Assembly: GCA_965219445.1 (NCBI GenBank)
Contig: CBDCNQ010000003.1
Coordinates: 384,001 to 448,000 of the forward strand
Reading direction: 5' to 3'
Length of the DNA: 64,000 nt
Source of the DNA: Longimicrobiales bacterium
GTDB lineage: Bacteria; Gemmatimonadota; Gemmatimonadetes; Longimicrobiales; Gaopeijiaceae
Positions 9,240-18,927 of the stretch are shown one piece after another; the first letter of the stretch is position 1, and each line of letters starts with the position of its first letter. The notes beneath the pieces were generated by a model, which was not told where the DNA came from, did no database searches, and saw only the letters and a list, made by a program, of their open reading frames with translations. A program made the translations under genes and the position numbers.

Positions 9240-11175
9240 TGACTCTCACCCTTTGGGGCACCTGGATACCGTCGCCCACCGCGAAGAACGGGTCCATTCC
9301 GATGGGGCTGCGGCCGCTGATCGCGATCCCACCGAACAGCGCATCCGCCGCGGCCTGCTGACTGAACTGCGCCGAGCTCCATGCCAGAAGATACGCCTGA
9401 GCATCGGGGAACATGGAGATCAAGTATGGATTGCCGAACGAGATCACGACATGTGTGACTCTCCTTCTCGAGAGCTCGTTCACGAACTCCACGGCGGCGT
9501 CGGGAAGCTCGACCCGACCGGCGTAGTTCGAATAGACCGACATCACCACGAGGTCCGACCTGATCGCCCGACTCAGAAGAGCCTCATAGGCCTCTGAATT
9601 CGTACTCTCATCCACCGATCTGGCCACGAGCCTGGGATAGGTCTCGCGCAGCCGTAAGTCGAAATACCGCCCCGACAGGACGTCCCCGGGATTGCGGAAG
9701 CTCACGGACATTACGCGGGCCCTGCGCGTCCCCAAGAGAGGCACGAGGTTGCGCCGGTTCTGGATCAGTGTGATCGAGCGCTCAGCGACCTCACGCGCCA
9801 TTTCCATGTGCGGGGGCACACCCACGATCTGTGGAATCATCTCGAGGGGTACTGCCCGCTCCTCGGCGAGGCCCAAGTCCTCCTTGAGGCTCAATAGCCT
9901 GCCGGCCGACTCATCGATACGGGCTTCCGTCAGCCGCCCCTCATCGATCGCTTTGACGATCGCATCGACGGCCTGCTTCACGTCTCGGGGCATGACAATG
10001 ACGTCCGCTCCCGCAAGCACGGCGCGGACCGCTGCTTCACCCCTGGGATAGAGCCGGTTTACCGCGGCCATGTCCATCGCATCGGTAAAGACGATCCCAT
10101 CGAATCCCAGGTCAGTCCGAAGGAGGCCGGTGAGCACCCGATCAGAGACGGTCGCCGGAATCGGCTCCCCGCTGATCTCCGGCACCGCGATATGCGCCGT
10201 CATGATGCCTTGCATGCCGGCATCGATAGCCGCGCGGAAGGGCACCAACTCGATGGCATCGAGGCGCTCACGCCCCACCTCGATGATGGGCAACTCGAGA
10301 TGGGAGTCGGTCCCGGTATCTCCGTGACCGGGGAAGTGCTTTCCGGTCGCGACGGCGCCATAGTCCTGAAGACCCCGAACAAAGGCCACGCCCAGGTCCG
10401 CAACCGCCTTCGGATCCTCCCCGAAGGAGCGAATGTTGATGATCGGGTTGTCCGGGTTGTTGTTGACGTCCAAGACCGGAGCGAACGGGACGTGGACGCC
10501 CATGGCGCGGGCCTCCATCGCCGTGATTCTCCCCAACTGGTACGCGTGCCGGGGATCGCCCGTAGCACCGAAGGCCATCAAAGACGGGAACGACGTCGCC
10601 CCACCCAGCGCGATATTCGTCGGGATATGAACCGCTCCCCTGAAGCGGAAACCCGCCCCCGTCTCCAGGTCCGCGGCAATCAACAGTGGATACTTGGAGT
10701 GCTGCTGAAGATCGTTGAGTTTGACGGCCACCTCGCTCGGCGACCCAACCGACATGATCAGCCCACCGACGCTCTCCTGCTCGATGACGTTGACGATGCG
10801 GTCGTGCGTCTCGCTGCCCTCGGGAGCGAAATTGCCCAACACGAAGGGCATCATCAGCTGCCCGACCTTTTCGCGGAGCGTCATCCGGGCGAGCGTTCTC
10901 TGTGCCCACGTAAGGGGCGGGGGCCTTGTCGACGGCGTAGTGACCGGCGCAGCCGGCACGGGCTCCGGGGTCGGCGTGATGGTCGCCGCTGGGCTGCGGT
11001 CTCCTTGAGCGGTCTCCACCGGAGAGTCCGACTCAGGAGCCACGGGAGGGGCCAACGGAGGAGCCGCCGCCGTTGCTGGGGCTTGCTGGGCGCAGGCAGT
11101 GGACAGAATCACCAGGATCCAGAAGCAACCCGCAGGGTTACTCTTGGACAGGCGGGGAATGCTCTGGATTGTCAT
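9229..11175 (-). CDS. nagZ: GH3 beta-N-acetylglucosaminidase (NagZ-type) lipoprotein
   Basis: Lipobox-like STAC and Pro/Ala linker; FAPVLDVNNNPDNP, KHFPGHGDT.TDSH, FTDAMDM. Confidence 0.88.
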   Translation of the reverse strand: MTIQSIPRLSKSNPAGCFWILVILSTACAQQAPATAAAPPLAPPVAPESDSPVETAQGDRSPAATITPTPEPVPAAPVTTPSTRPPPLTWAQRTLARMTLREKVGQLMMPFVLGNFAPEGSETHDRIVNVIEQESVGGLIMSVGSPSEVAVKLNDLQQHSKYPLLIAADLETGAGFRFRGAVHIPTNIALGGATSFPSLMAFGATGDPRHAYQLGRITAMEARAMGVHVPFAPVLDVNNNPDNPIINIRSFGEDPKAVADLGVAFVRGLQDYGAVATGKHFPGHGDTGTDSHLELPIIEVGRERLDAIELVPFRAAIDAGMQGIMTAHIAVPEISGEPIPATVSDRVLTGLLRTDLGFDGIVFTDAMDMAAVNRLYPRGEAAVRAVLAGADVIVMPRDVKQAVDAIVKAIDEGRLTEARIDESAGRLLSLKEDLGLAEERAVPLEMIPQIVGVPPHMEMAREVAERSITLIQNRRNLVPLLGTRRARVMSVSFRNPGDVLSGRYFDLRLRETYPRLVARSVDESTNSEAYEALLSRAIRSDLVVMSVYSNYAGRVELPDAAVEFVNELSRRRVTHVVISFGNPYLISMFPDAQAYLLAWSSAQFSQQAAADALFGGIAISGRSPIGMDPFFAVGDGIQVPQRVRVSGR

Positions 11176-11220
11176 CGAGTGACCTCAAAAACCCCTGCGT
11201 CTATACGGAGAACAGCCCAA

Positions 11221-12498
11221 GTGTCTTTCAGAGAGCAAGTTACGAAGTTGTGGAGGGTGCCACAATCTTGTTTCATCTTGCTTCTCCTCTCCTGCACCCG
11301 CCCGGACGCCCAACCCGATCGTTCATTATACCAGGATAACGGCGACGGGTTCGGCTCGATTCGGCCGGGGATCGAGGTTCTTTTGGAGGATTCTCTCCAT
11401 CTGGTGGAAGGACGCCGGGTCGGGCTGATCACCAATCAAACCGGGGTGGACGCCTCGGGCCGCTCCTCGATCGATCGGATCCACGAACATCCGTCGGTGG
11501 AGCTCTTGGCGCTCTTCGCACCTGAGCACGGAATCAGAGGGACGGCTGAACCGGGGGAAACGATCGACGACGAGGTCGATATCGAGACCGGGTTACCAAT
11601 CTTTTCGTTGTACGGGGCGGTGCGAAGCCCCACACCGGAAATGCTCGAAGGAATCGACCTCCTGGTGATGGATTATCAGGATATCGGTGCGCGATACTGG
11701 ACGTACATGTCCACGACGACACTCGCGATGGAAGCCGCCGCCGAACAGGGAATTCCGGTGGTCGTTCTGGACCGCCCGAATCCGATTGGCTCTGCCGTGC
11801 AGGGCAACGTACTCGATCCTGCCTTCGCGACCTTCGTGGGTCGGTATCCGATCGCGATGCGCCACGGAATGACCGCCGCCGAATTAGCCAGCTATTACGG
11901 GGGAGAGTTCGGCATCGACGTGGAACTGCACACCGTGCCAGCCGAGGGGTGGCGTCGGGATATGTCGTTCGCCGAGAGTGGCCTGCCGTGGATTCGACCG
12001 TCCCCCAACATGCCCAACGTCGAGAGTGCCACGCACTACCCGGGAACGTGCCTCTTCGAAGGCACCACTCTTTCGGTGGCGAGGGGCACGGAAGCACCAT
12101 TCCAGCAGATCGGTGCACCGTGGCTGGATGGGGAGACGCTGGCTGAAGTCATGAACGCTTACGGGTTGCCCGGTATTCGCTTTGAGCCGGTCAGGTTCAC
12201 CCCGAGGGCGCCTTCCGATGGCAAGTTCGACGGGGTTGGGGTGGAGGGCGTCCGCCTGGTGGCCACATCGCCTGAGTACGATCCAACCCACGCGGCCGTC
12301 GCGCTCCTGGTGGAGACGCATCGCATGTCCGGTCCGCAATGGGGATGGCTCCAGGCCCATTTCGATCGCCTCGCGGGGACCGATCGTCTGCGGCAGGCGA
12401 TCGACGCGGGAGCTGGGCTCGACGAAATCCGAAATGGATGGCAGGATGAATTGGAGGCCTTCAAGCGGGTCCGTGAGCGGTATTTGATCTATCCGTGA
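11221..12498 (+). CDS. namZ: exo-beta-N-acetylmuramidase NamZ (DUF1343 family)
   Basis: RVGLITNQTG, LFAPEHGIRG, QDIGARYWTY, VLDRPNP, RHGMT, PSPNMP, YPG.CLFEGT. Start is GTG 11221 or 11257; lipobox-like LLSC. Confidence 0.9.
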   Translation: MSFREQVTKLWRVPQSCFILLLLSCTRPDAQPDRSLYQDNGDGFGSIRPGIEVLLEDSLHLVEGRRVGLITNQTGVDASGRSSIDRIHEHPSVELLALFAPEHGIRGTAEPGETIDDEVDIETGLPIFSLYGAVRSPTPEMLEGIDLLVMDYQDIGARYWTYMSTTTLAMEAAAEQGIPVVVLDRPNPIGSAVQGNVLDPAFATFVGRYPIAMRHGMTAAELASYYGGEFGIDVELHTVPAEGWRRDMSFAESGLPWIRPSPNMPNVESATHYPGTCLFEGTTLSVARGTEAPFQQIGAPWLDGETLAEVMNAYGLPGIRFEPVRFTPRAPSDGKFDGVGVEGVRLVATSPEYDPTHAAVALLVETHRMSGPQWGWLQAHFDRLAGTDRLRQAIDAGAGLDEIRNGWQDELEAFKRVRERYLIYP

Positions 12499-12523
12499 GC
12501 TTTCGAGGGAAAGGCTCCTGCCC

Positions 12524-12561
12524 GAGGGGTGATACCAGCTATGAGGGGTGATACGACCTAT
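12524..12561. repeat. imperfect 19-bp tandem repeat GAGGGGTGATAC(cag/gac)CTAT x2
   Basis: 12524-12542 and 12543-12561, between convergent namZ and dat. Confidence 0.75.
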
Positions 12562-13418
12562 GCGGCCGAAACCTCCATCTGAGTCCCCGCTTTGAACGCC
12601 TCATAGAGTACCTTCGCGACCGGTCCCACTTCGCCGTTCCCGACCGGCTCGCCGTCTAGTCGTACGGTGGGTCGTACTTCGGTCGTCGTGCCGGTAAAGA
12701 AGATTTCGTCCGCCCCCCGCATCTCCTCCAAGAGCACCGGCCTCTCCTCCACCGGAATGCCCTCCGCTCGCGCCAGCTCGATTACATATTCCCGAGCGAC
12801 TCCGTGCAGGATTTGATGAGTGGCGGGGTGCGTCGTGACCACGCCATCGAGGACGGCGAAGACGTTGTTGTGGGACCCCTCGAGCGCGACGCCGTCGTTC
12901 ACGAAAAGGGCATCCTCCACCCCCGCGTCGACGGCCGCCTGCTGTGCCAGCACGTTCGGCAAGAGGCCAATCGACTTGATGTCGACCCGGTCCCAGCGGC
13001 GGTCGGGAACCGTGATGGCCTCGTAGCCCTGCTTCCAGCGGGCCGCTTCCGGCCGGTGGTACACTTGCGCGGAGGCGTATACCGTCGGCGGAGTCCCCTC
13101 CGGCGGAAAGTGGTGGGTTCTCGGCGCCGCACCTCGGGTGATCTGCATATAGACAATCGAGACGTCTTCCGAAACGAGGCTGTTTGCTGCGATCAGGCGT
13201 GCGTGCATATCTGGCAGCCCTGCGGGATCGTACTCAATACGGAGGGCGTCGAGACCGTGTTGGAGCCGGCGCAGGTGTCGCTCCAGGCGGAAGAGACCCC
13301 CACGATAGGCGGGCGTCACCTCGTAAACGCCGTCCGACAACAGAAACCCCCGGTCGTCCACCGATATGGTCGCCCGATCCTTCGACAGGTACTCGCCGTT
13401 GAGATATACCGTGCTCAT
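12558..13418 (-). CDS. dat: D-amino-acid aminotransferase (PLP class IV)
   Basis: ISVDDRGFL.SDGVYEV, YMQITRGAAPR.H.FP, RWDRVDIKS.GLLPNVLA, ILHG..R, TGTTTEV. Confidence 0.85.
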   Translation of the reverse strand: MSTVYLNGEYLSKDRATISVDDRGFLLSDGVYEVTPAYRGGLFRLERHLRRLQHGLDALRIEYDPAGLPDMHARLIAANSLVSEDVSIVYMQITRGAAPRTHHFPPEGTPPTVYASAQVYHRPEAARWKQGYEAITVPDRRWDRVDIKSIGLLPNVLAQQAAVDAGVEDALFVNDGVALEGSHNNVFAVLDGVVTTHPATHQILHGVAREYVIELARAEGIPVEERPVLLEEMRGADEIFFTGTTTEVRPTVRLDGEPVGNGEVGPVAKVLYEAFKAGTQMEVSAA

Positions 13419-13653
13419 CGCTTCCGGAGGTTGTTTGGGAAGACTCTTGGTACCCTTGAAAAGTCGGGCCCGCGCCTCGGCTCCGCCAGGCCTTCGAGAG
13501 GTCCGGCCACAAGCGCGACCTGCCTCCGGGGGGGGGTTCCCAGCGGTCCACTACCGTGCTTGATTTATGGCGTCCACAAGATTCATAGTGGAGGGCGACC
13601 GTCCAGCCCCCCCGACCCTAGTTTCCATGACCGATTCGAGGAATTCCCAAATA

Positions 13654-14334
13654 ATGGCAAGCTTCCCTCGCACCCTCGTGCTCATCGTTGCTGTCGCGTC
13701 CGCATCCCTCCTCCATTCCCCGACTGTACAAGCTCAAAATCTTGCGATCGCCGGCCAGGTCGGCACCACCGGCGTGGGAGGGGGAATAATCCTTGGCGTG
13801 GTGCCCAGAATCAATCTCCGGGCCATGTTTGGCGGTATTCCCCAGCAACCCACCTTCGATATCGATGACATCGACTTCGAGCTCGACCTCCCGTCGTTCC
13901 TGCTCTCGACGGTGGACTTGTACGTAGTGGGCGGGCTGCACCTCAGCGCGGGTGGACTGCTGATCACCAATGACGGGGACGTGGCTGTCGAGGGGACCTT
14001 CGAAGGGAGGTCGGTGGTCATCGGTACGACGACCTTTTCCGGAGGGACCAATGATCGGTTTTCCGGGACTTTCTCACTGAAGGGCTTCCAGCCATACCTG
14101 GGAATCGGGATCGGTAATCCCATCGGGAAAAGGATCGGCATCAACTTCGATGCCGGTGTCGGATTCGGCGACAAGCCTACCGTCGCATTGACCGCCTCTG
14201 GCCCGCTCGCAGACGCCCCGGGTTCAACTCTCGAATCCGAGCTTCAGCAGGAAGTAGCCGATATCGAGGCTGACATCCCCGATCTCCTACGGTACTACCC
14301 CGTACTCTCACTGTCCGTCTCGATCGGGTTCTAG
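13654..14334 (+). CDS. hypothetical outer-membrane beta-barrel protein
   Basis: Signal peptide ending VQA-Q, alternating beta-strand pattern (GTTGVG, PYLGIG.G), terminal YPVLSLSVSIGF resembling a BAM signal. Confidence 0.7.
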   Translation: MASFPRTLVLIVAVASASLLHSPTVQAQNLAIAGQVGTTGVGGGIILGVVPRINLRAMFGGIPQQPTFDIDDIDFELDLPSFLLSTVDLYVVGGLHLSAGGLLITNDGDVAVEGTFEGRSVVIGTTTFSGGTNDRFSGTFSLKGFQPYLGIGIGNPIGKRIGINFDAGVGFGDKPTVALTASGPLADAPGSTLESELQQEVADIEADIPDLLRYYPVLSLSVSIGF

Positions 14335-15194
14335 TCGCTCTTCTCCAGCTTGTCGAATTCTTCGATGAGCTGAGCTTCGTGAACGACCGGCTCTTCAGGC
14401 TCCGATGACGTGGTAGGCCCGGCGGCATCGGCGAGGCCATCAGCACCTTCAACGGACTCGTCCTCGTCGTCACCTGACTCCAGTTGCCTGGGCGCTTCCT
14501 CTTCGGGCGCGGCGATCAAGCCCATCTCGTGCTTCAAGGCCAGGAGGCGATCCTCCACGTCACCTCCCTCGGTACCACTCTCCAGGGCCTTGAAGTCCTC
14601 TTCGAGCGTTCCGGGGCCGAGCGCCTCCGTCACCTCCTGGTGGGCCAGACTCTCGCGCTCCTGCTCCTCGATCTTGTCGGCCATACGGTTGAACGCTTCG
14701 AAGGCCGACGTGTTGGAGAGTCCCGACATGGTTTCGTGGATCCGCCTCTGGGCCTGAGCCCGACGCTGCTTCGCCACGAGGAGATTCCTCTTCCGCTTGG
14801 CCTCTTCGATCTTGTCATTCAACTGCCGAAGCGACCCCTTGAGCTTTTCCGTCTCCGCGGCCTGCGCCTTCCACGTTCCGTCGAGCGTGCTGGCGCGCTC
14901 CGCGTGCTCCTGCTGCCTCACCAAGGCCTGCTTTGCCAGGTCGTCCCTGCCCTCCTTCACGGCCAGCATGGCGCGGTGCTCCCATTGACGCATCTGTTTG
15001 ACCTCGCTGTCGAGCGACGCACGGAGCTTCCGCTCGTCCGCGATGGCGGCAGCCACTTCCCGCTTGGCCTTCGCGAGCTGGTCCCGCATGTCCAGAATAA
15101 TCTGGTTCAACATCTTCTCCGGGTTTTCCGCCCGGGAGATGAGATCGTTGATATTCGACTTGATGACCGTAGACAGCTTCGTAAAGATGCTCAT
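14331..15194 (-). CDS. pspA: PspA/IM30 family protein
   Basis: MSIFTKL...KSNIN.LI..AENPEKML.Q.I.DM, A...GRDDLAKQAL, FNRM.DKI; acidic C-terminal tail. Confidence 0.93.
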   Translation of the reverse strand: MSIFTKLSTVIKSNINDLISRAENPEKMLNQIILDMRDQLAKAKREVAAAIADERKLRASLDSEVKQMRQWEHRAMLAVKEGRDDLAKQALVRQQEHAERASTLDGTWKAQAAETEKLKGSLRQLNDKIEEAKRKRNLLVAKQRRAQAQRRIHETMSGLSNTSAFEAFNRMADKIEEQERESLAHQEVTEALGPGTLEEDFKALESGTEGGDVEDRLLALKHEMGLIAAPEEEAPRQLESGDDEDESVEGADGLADAAGPTTSSEPEEPVVHEAQLIEEFDKLEKSD

Positions 15195-15610
15195 TCGCTT
15201 GAGTCCTCTCCTTCCGAGCTGCCGTCGTCGGCCCCGGCAAGCACCTTGATTCGCCCGAGGTGACTCGACGCCGCATACTGGAGGCTCTCCACCGACGCCT
15301 GTAGCTCTTCGAAATCCAGAGTCTGCAATTCCAGGGTGTCCGTCAGGATCAACTCTCCGTCTTCGATGCCGTACGCCCCGTGCACTATGTCGGTGGCGTT
15401 CAGCTCGAGGAGGGCCCGGTAGAGTTCACCCAGGTCCGACTCACCGTTGGGAAGGTCCATGACCTTCAAGCGCACCAAGAGCACGGGATCGGAGAGGTGG
15501 ACGACCACGCCACCGCTCGGACTCTGCACCAGAAACATCCCCTCATCCACCTCATTCCAGTCCAGGTCCATTCGAATGAGGAAGCTCTCGAGATCGTCTC
15601 GAGTTACCAT
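15191..15610 (-). CDS. YbjN/CesT-like chaperone-fold protein
   Basis: Small acidic protein with LYRALLELNA.D.VHGAYGI and L...LDFEELQA; ATGA overlap with pspA. Confidence 0.7.
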   Translation of the reverse strand: MVTRDDLESFLIRMDLDWNEVDEGMFLVQSPSGGVVVHLSDPVLLVRLKVMDLPNGESDLGELYRALLELNATDIVHGAYGIEDGELILTDTLELQTLDFEELQASVESLQYAASSHLGRIKVLAGADDGSSEGEDSSE

Positions 15611-15839
15611 GATCCACTCCGTACTCTGTGCGGCCCCTTACCGCGGCCGCGGCCAGACAGCTCGTCGACAGGCCCCCATCCAGAGGGGCCCTTTCCCTAC
15701 GGACGACAAACGCACACGGTTTACGCGCCCTCTAGGACGTACCGAAATCCTCCCGACTCGGATCTAATTCTAACATGAACGGCCGGCCCCCCGCGACTCC
15801 ACGCCGCTGCGGGGGTGACCCCCAGTGGGTGGGGGACAT

Positions 15840-18746
15840 TCAAAGTGACCCACTCGCGCTCTTGTCGCCGGCCCCGGCGAGCACGCCCAGGAGAGGTCCA
15901 AGGTATCGACCCGTGTGCGAGTTCGGCGCCTCGGCAATCATCTCGGGGGTTCCTTCGGCCACGATCTGTCCGCCGGCACCTCCTCCCTCGGGGCCGAGGT
16001 CGATGATCCAGTCCGCTGTTTTGATGACCTCGAGATTGTGCTCGATCACGAGCACCGTGTTGCCCTTCTCCACGAGTCTGTGGAGCACCTCCAACAGGAC
16101 CCGGATGTCTTCGAAGTGGAGGCCGGTCGTCGGCTCGTCGAGAATGTAAAGCGTATTCCCCGTAGCCCGTTTCGACAGCTCGCTGGAAAGCTTCACGCGC
16201 TGCGCCTCGCCTCCGGAAAGCGTCGTCGCGGACTGCCCGAGATGAATGTACCCCAATCCGACGTCCGAAAGCGTCTCGAGCTTGGCCCTCAGCCGTGGCA
16301 CGGCCTCGAAGAAACCTTGGGCCTCGTCGACCGTCATGTCCAGAACGTCGGCGATGTTCTTCCCCTTGTAGAAAACGTCCAGGGTCTCCCGGTTATAGCG
16401 CCTTCCACGGCATACGTCGCACGGAACGTAGACGTCGGGGAGAAAGTGCATCTCGATCTTCACCAAGCCGTCTCCGTGGCAAGCCTCGCAGCGGCCCCCC
16501 TTCACATTGAAGGAGAAACGGCCAGGCCCGTACCCCCTCATCTGAGACTCGGGAAGGCTGGAAAAGAGCTCCCTGATCGGCGTAAACAGGCCGGTATAGG
16601 TCGCCGGGTTCGACCGCGGTGTCCGGCCGATCGGTGATTGGTCGACCTCGATCACCTTGTCGATCCATCCGATTCCATCGATCCCGTCGTGGCGCCCCGG
16701 GACCACTTTGCTCCGGTACAGATGACGGGCCAGCGCCCGATAGAGCGTCTGGTTGATGAGTGTGGACTTGCCAGATCCGCTCACGCCCGTCACCGTGACG
16801 AAGCAGCCGAGGGGGATGGTCACGTCGAGATCACACAAGTTGTGCTCGCTCGCGCTTCGCAGATGGAGCGCTCGATCTCCATTTCCCTCCCTGCGCCGAT
16901 CCGGCGTCGGAATCCGCCGCCGGCCCTCCAGATACGCTCCCGTGAGAGACGCCTCTTCGGCGAGCACATCGGCCAGGGACCCCTGAACTACAACCTCTCC
17001 GCCCGCACGTCCGGCCCCGGGGCCGAGGTCCACGATGTGATCGGCGACCCGGATCGTCTCCTCGTCGTGTTCGACCACAATCACGGTGTTGCCCATATCG
17101 CGAAGAGCCTGAAGGGTCGCCAGAAGGCGCTGGTTATCCTTCTGATGGAGTCCGACGGAGGGCTCATCCAAAATGTAGAGCACGCCCACCAGACGACTCC
17201 CGATCTGCGTGGCCAGGCGAATCCGCTGAGACTCTCCACCGGAGAGTGAGTCCGCAGAACGCCCGAGGGTCAGGTAGTTCAAGCCGACATCGTTGAGAAA
17301 GCCGAGCCTCTCCTCAAGCTCCTTCAGGATCGGCGTCGCGATCTCCCCGTTCAGAGCATGCCGGTCCGCGCCCGAGCCTATCGGCTCGTCCACTGGTAGG
17401 GCTCGGAAGAAGTCGAGCGCCTCTGCGATGGAAAGATCGACCACTTCGCCCAGGGATCGCCCAGCCATGGTTACGGCCAATGATTCCCCCCGCAGCCGGC
17501 TCCCACCACACGCCGTGCATGTGAGCGTCGACATATAATCGTGGAGCTGCGTGCGTACCGCATCGGACTTGGTCTCTTGATACCGACGCTCCACGCTTTC
17601 GATCACGCCATCCCAGTGGTCCTCATAGTGGCCCCGAGCACTTCCGGACCCCGTGCGGTACGGGAAGCGGATCTTCATTGGCCCCGAACCATGCATGATG
17701 GCGTGGCGTGCCTCCTCGGGGAGTTTATTCCAAGGGGTGCGTGGGTCGAACTCGTACGCCTCCGCGAGGCCCGCGATCACGGAGTTCCGGAGGTGTCCCG
17801 AGGGTTCACCCCACGGCAGGACGACCCCCTCGAGGAGCGAGATGCTCCCGTCCGCCAGGAGCAGGTCCGGATTGACGTGTTTGCTGGTTCCGAGCCCACC
17901 ACACTCCTGGCAGGCCCCATAGGGCGAGTTGAAGGAGAATTGCCGAGGCTCGATCTCGGGCAGGCTGGTTCCGCAGTGCGCGCAGGCGTAGAACTCGCTG
18001 AAGAGGTGCGACACGCGTGAACGCCCCTTCCCCTCCACGACCTCCACAGTGCCGTCGGCGGCCCGCAGCGCGGTCTCAACGGAGTCCGCTAGCCGCTCCC
18101 GATCCTCCCGCCGAACCACCAGCCGGTCCACCACGATCGCGATGTCGTGGTTTTCATATCGGTTGAGCGCGGGTGGGGAAGAGAGATCGATCAAGTCTCC
18201 GTCGACGACAGCCCGAACAAAACCCTCCTTTCGAGCCTTCTCGAAGAGATCGCGGAACTCGCCCTTCCTACCCCGAACAAGGGGTGCCAACACCTGGATT
18301 TTGGCTCCCTCGTCGAGAAGCAGCAGCTGTTCCACGATCTGGGACGCCGACTGCCGAAGAACCGGTCTGCCGCACTCCGGACAATGAGGGATGCCGACAC
18401 GAGCCCAAAGCAGCCGGAGATAGTCGTATATCTCCGTAACCGTCCCCACCGTCGACCGTGGATTCCGGCTCACCGTCTTCTGCTCGATGGAGATCGCCGG
18501 AGAGAGGCCCTCGATCGAGTCGACGTCGGGTTTCTCCATGAGCCCCAGGAACTGGCGGGCATACGCAGAGAGGGATTCCACGTAGCGGCGTTGACCTTCG
18601 GCGTAGATCGTGTCGAACGCGAGGGACGATTTGCCGGACCCGGACAGCCCCGTGATGACGATCAGGCCCCCACGGGGGAGCTCGACGTCAATATTCCGGA
18701 GATTGTGTTCCCGGGCGCCGCGCACCACAAGAAATTCTTGGGCCAT
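15840..18746 (-). CDS. uvrA: excinuclease ABC subunit A
   Basis: GAREHNL, two Walker A ([18 protein letters not shown]), LSGGE.QR signatures, zinc-finger CxxC pairs; ATG 18746 with GAGGA upstream. Confidence 0.98.
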   Translation of the reverse strand: MAQEFLVVRGAREHNLRNIDVELPRGGLIVITGLSGSGKSSLAFDTIYAEGQRRYVESLSAYARQFLGLMEKPDVDSIEGLSPAISIEQKTVSRNPRSTVGTVTEIYDYLRLLWARVGIPHCPECGRPVLRQSASQIVEQLLLLDEGAKIQVLAPLVRGRKGEFRDLFEKARKEGFVRAVVDGDLIDLSSPPALNRYENHDIAIVVDRLVVRREDRERLADSVETALRAADGTVEVVEGKGRSRVSHLFSEFYACAHCGTSLPEIEPRQFSFNSPYGACQECGGLGTSKHVNPDLLLADGSISLLEGVVLPWGEPSGHLRNSVIAGLAEAYEFDPRTPWNKLPEEARHAIMHGSGPMKIRFPYRTGSGSARGHYEDHWDGVIESVERRYQETKSDAVRTQLHDYMSTLTCTACGGSRLRGESLAVTMAGRSLGEVVDLSIAEALDFFRALPVDEPIGSGADRHALNGEIATPILKELEERLGFLNDVGLNYLTLGRSADSLSGGESQRIRLATQIGSRLVGVLYILDEPSVGLHQKDNQRLLATLQALRDMGNTVIVVEHDEETIRVADHIVDLGPGAGRAGGEVVVQGSLADVLAEEASLTGAYLEGRRRIPTPDRRREGNGDRALHLRSASEHNLCDLDVTIPLGCFVTVTGVSGSGKSTLINQTLYRALARHLYRSKVVPGRHDGIDGIGWIDKVIEVDQSPIGRTPRSNPATYTGLFTPIRELFSSLPESQMRGYGPGRFSFNVKGGRCEACHGDGLVKIEMHFLPDVYVPCDVCRGRRYNRETLDVFYKGKNIADVLDMTVDEAQGFFEAVPRLRAKLETLSDVGLGYIHLGQSATTLSGGEAQRVKLSSELSKRATGNTLYILDEPTTGLHFEDIRVLLEVLHRLVEKGNTVLVIEHNLEVIKTADWIIDLGPEGGGAGGQIVAEGTPEMIAEAPNSHTGRYLGPLLGVLAGAGDKSASGSL

Positions 18747-18927
18747 AGTCCTCAACAATATCGAAGTCGAGGGTTTGCTTCAAAGGGGGAGGCAGGGCAC
18801 AGTCGTGGCGGCCGCGGCCGCCGGCTAGGCTCCGGCTTGCTCCCTCAATGATTGATACGTGGCTGGAGTTTTACACGGAGAATTTGGCGGAGTGCCCTAA
18901 CGGAGGGCTACGGAAAGGATCGGCGGT

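Noticed and set aside
10192..11220. 768-aa ORF suggesting a long N-terminal extension on NamZ
   Set aside because: The extension is antisense to nagZ; the signal peptide and NamZ motifs begin only after 11221.
13528..13536. G9 tracts here and at 56140-56148 as phase-variable promoter elements
   Set aside because: Both lie in divergent intergenic regions, but such runs are unremarkable at this GC content and no length variation can be shown.
15191..15610. Type III secretion system suggested by the CesT-like gene
   Set aside because: No T3SS structural genes in the window; the gene is coupled to pspA.
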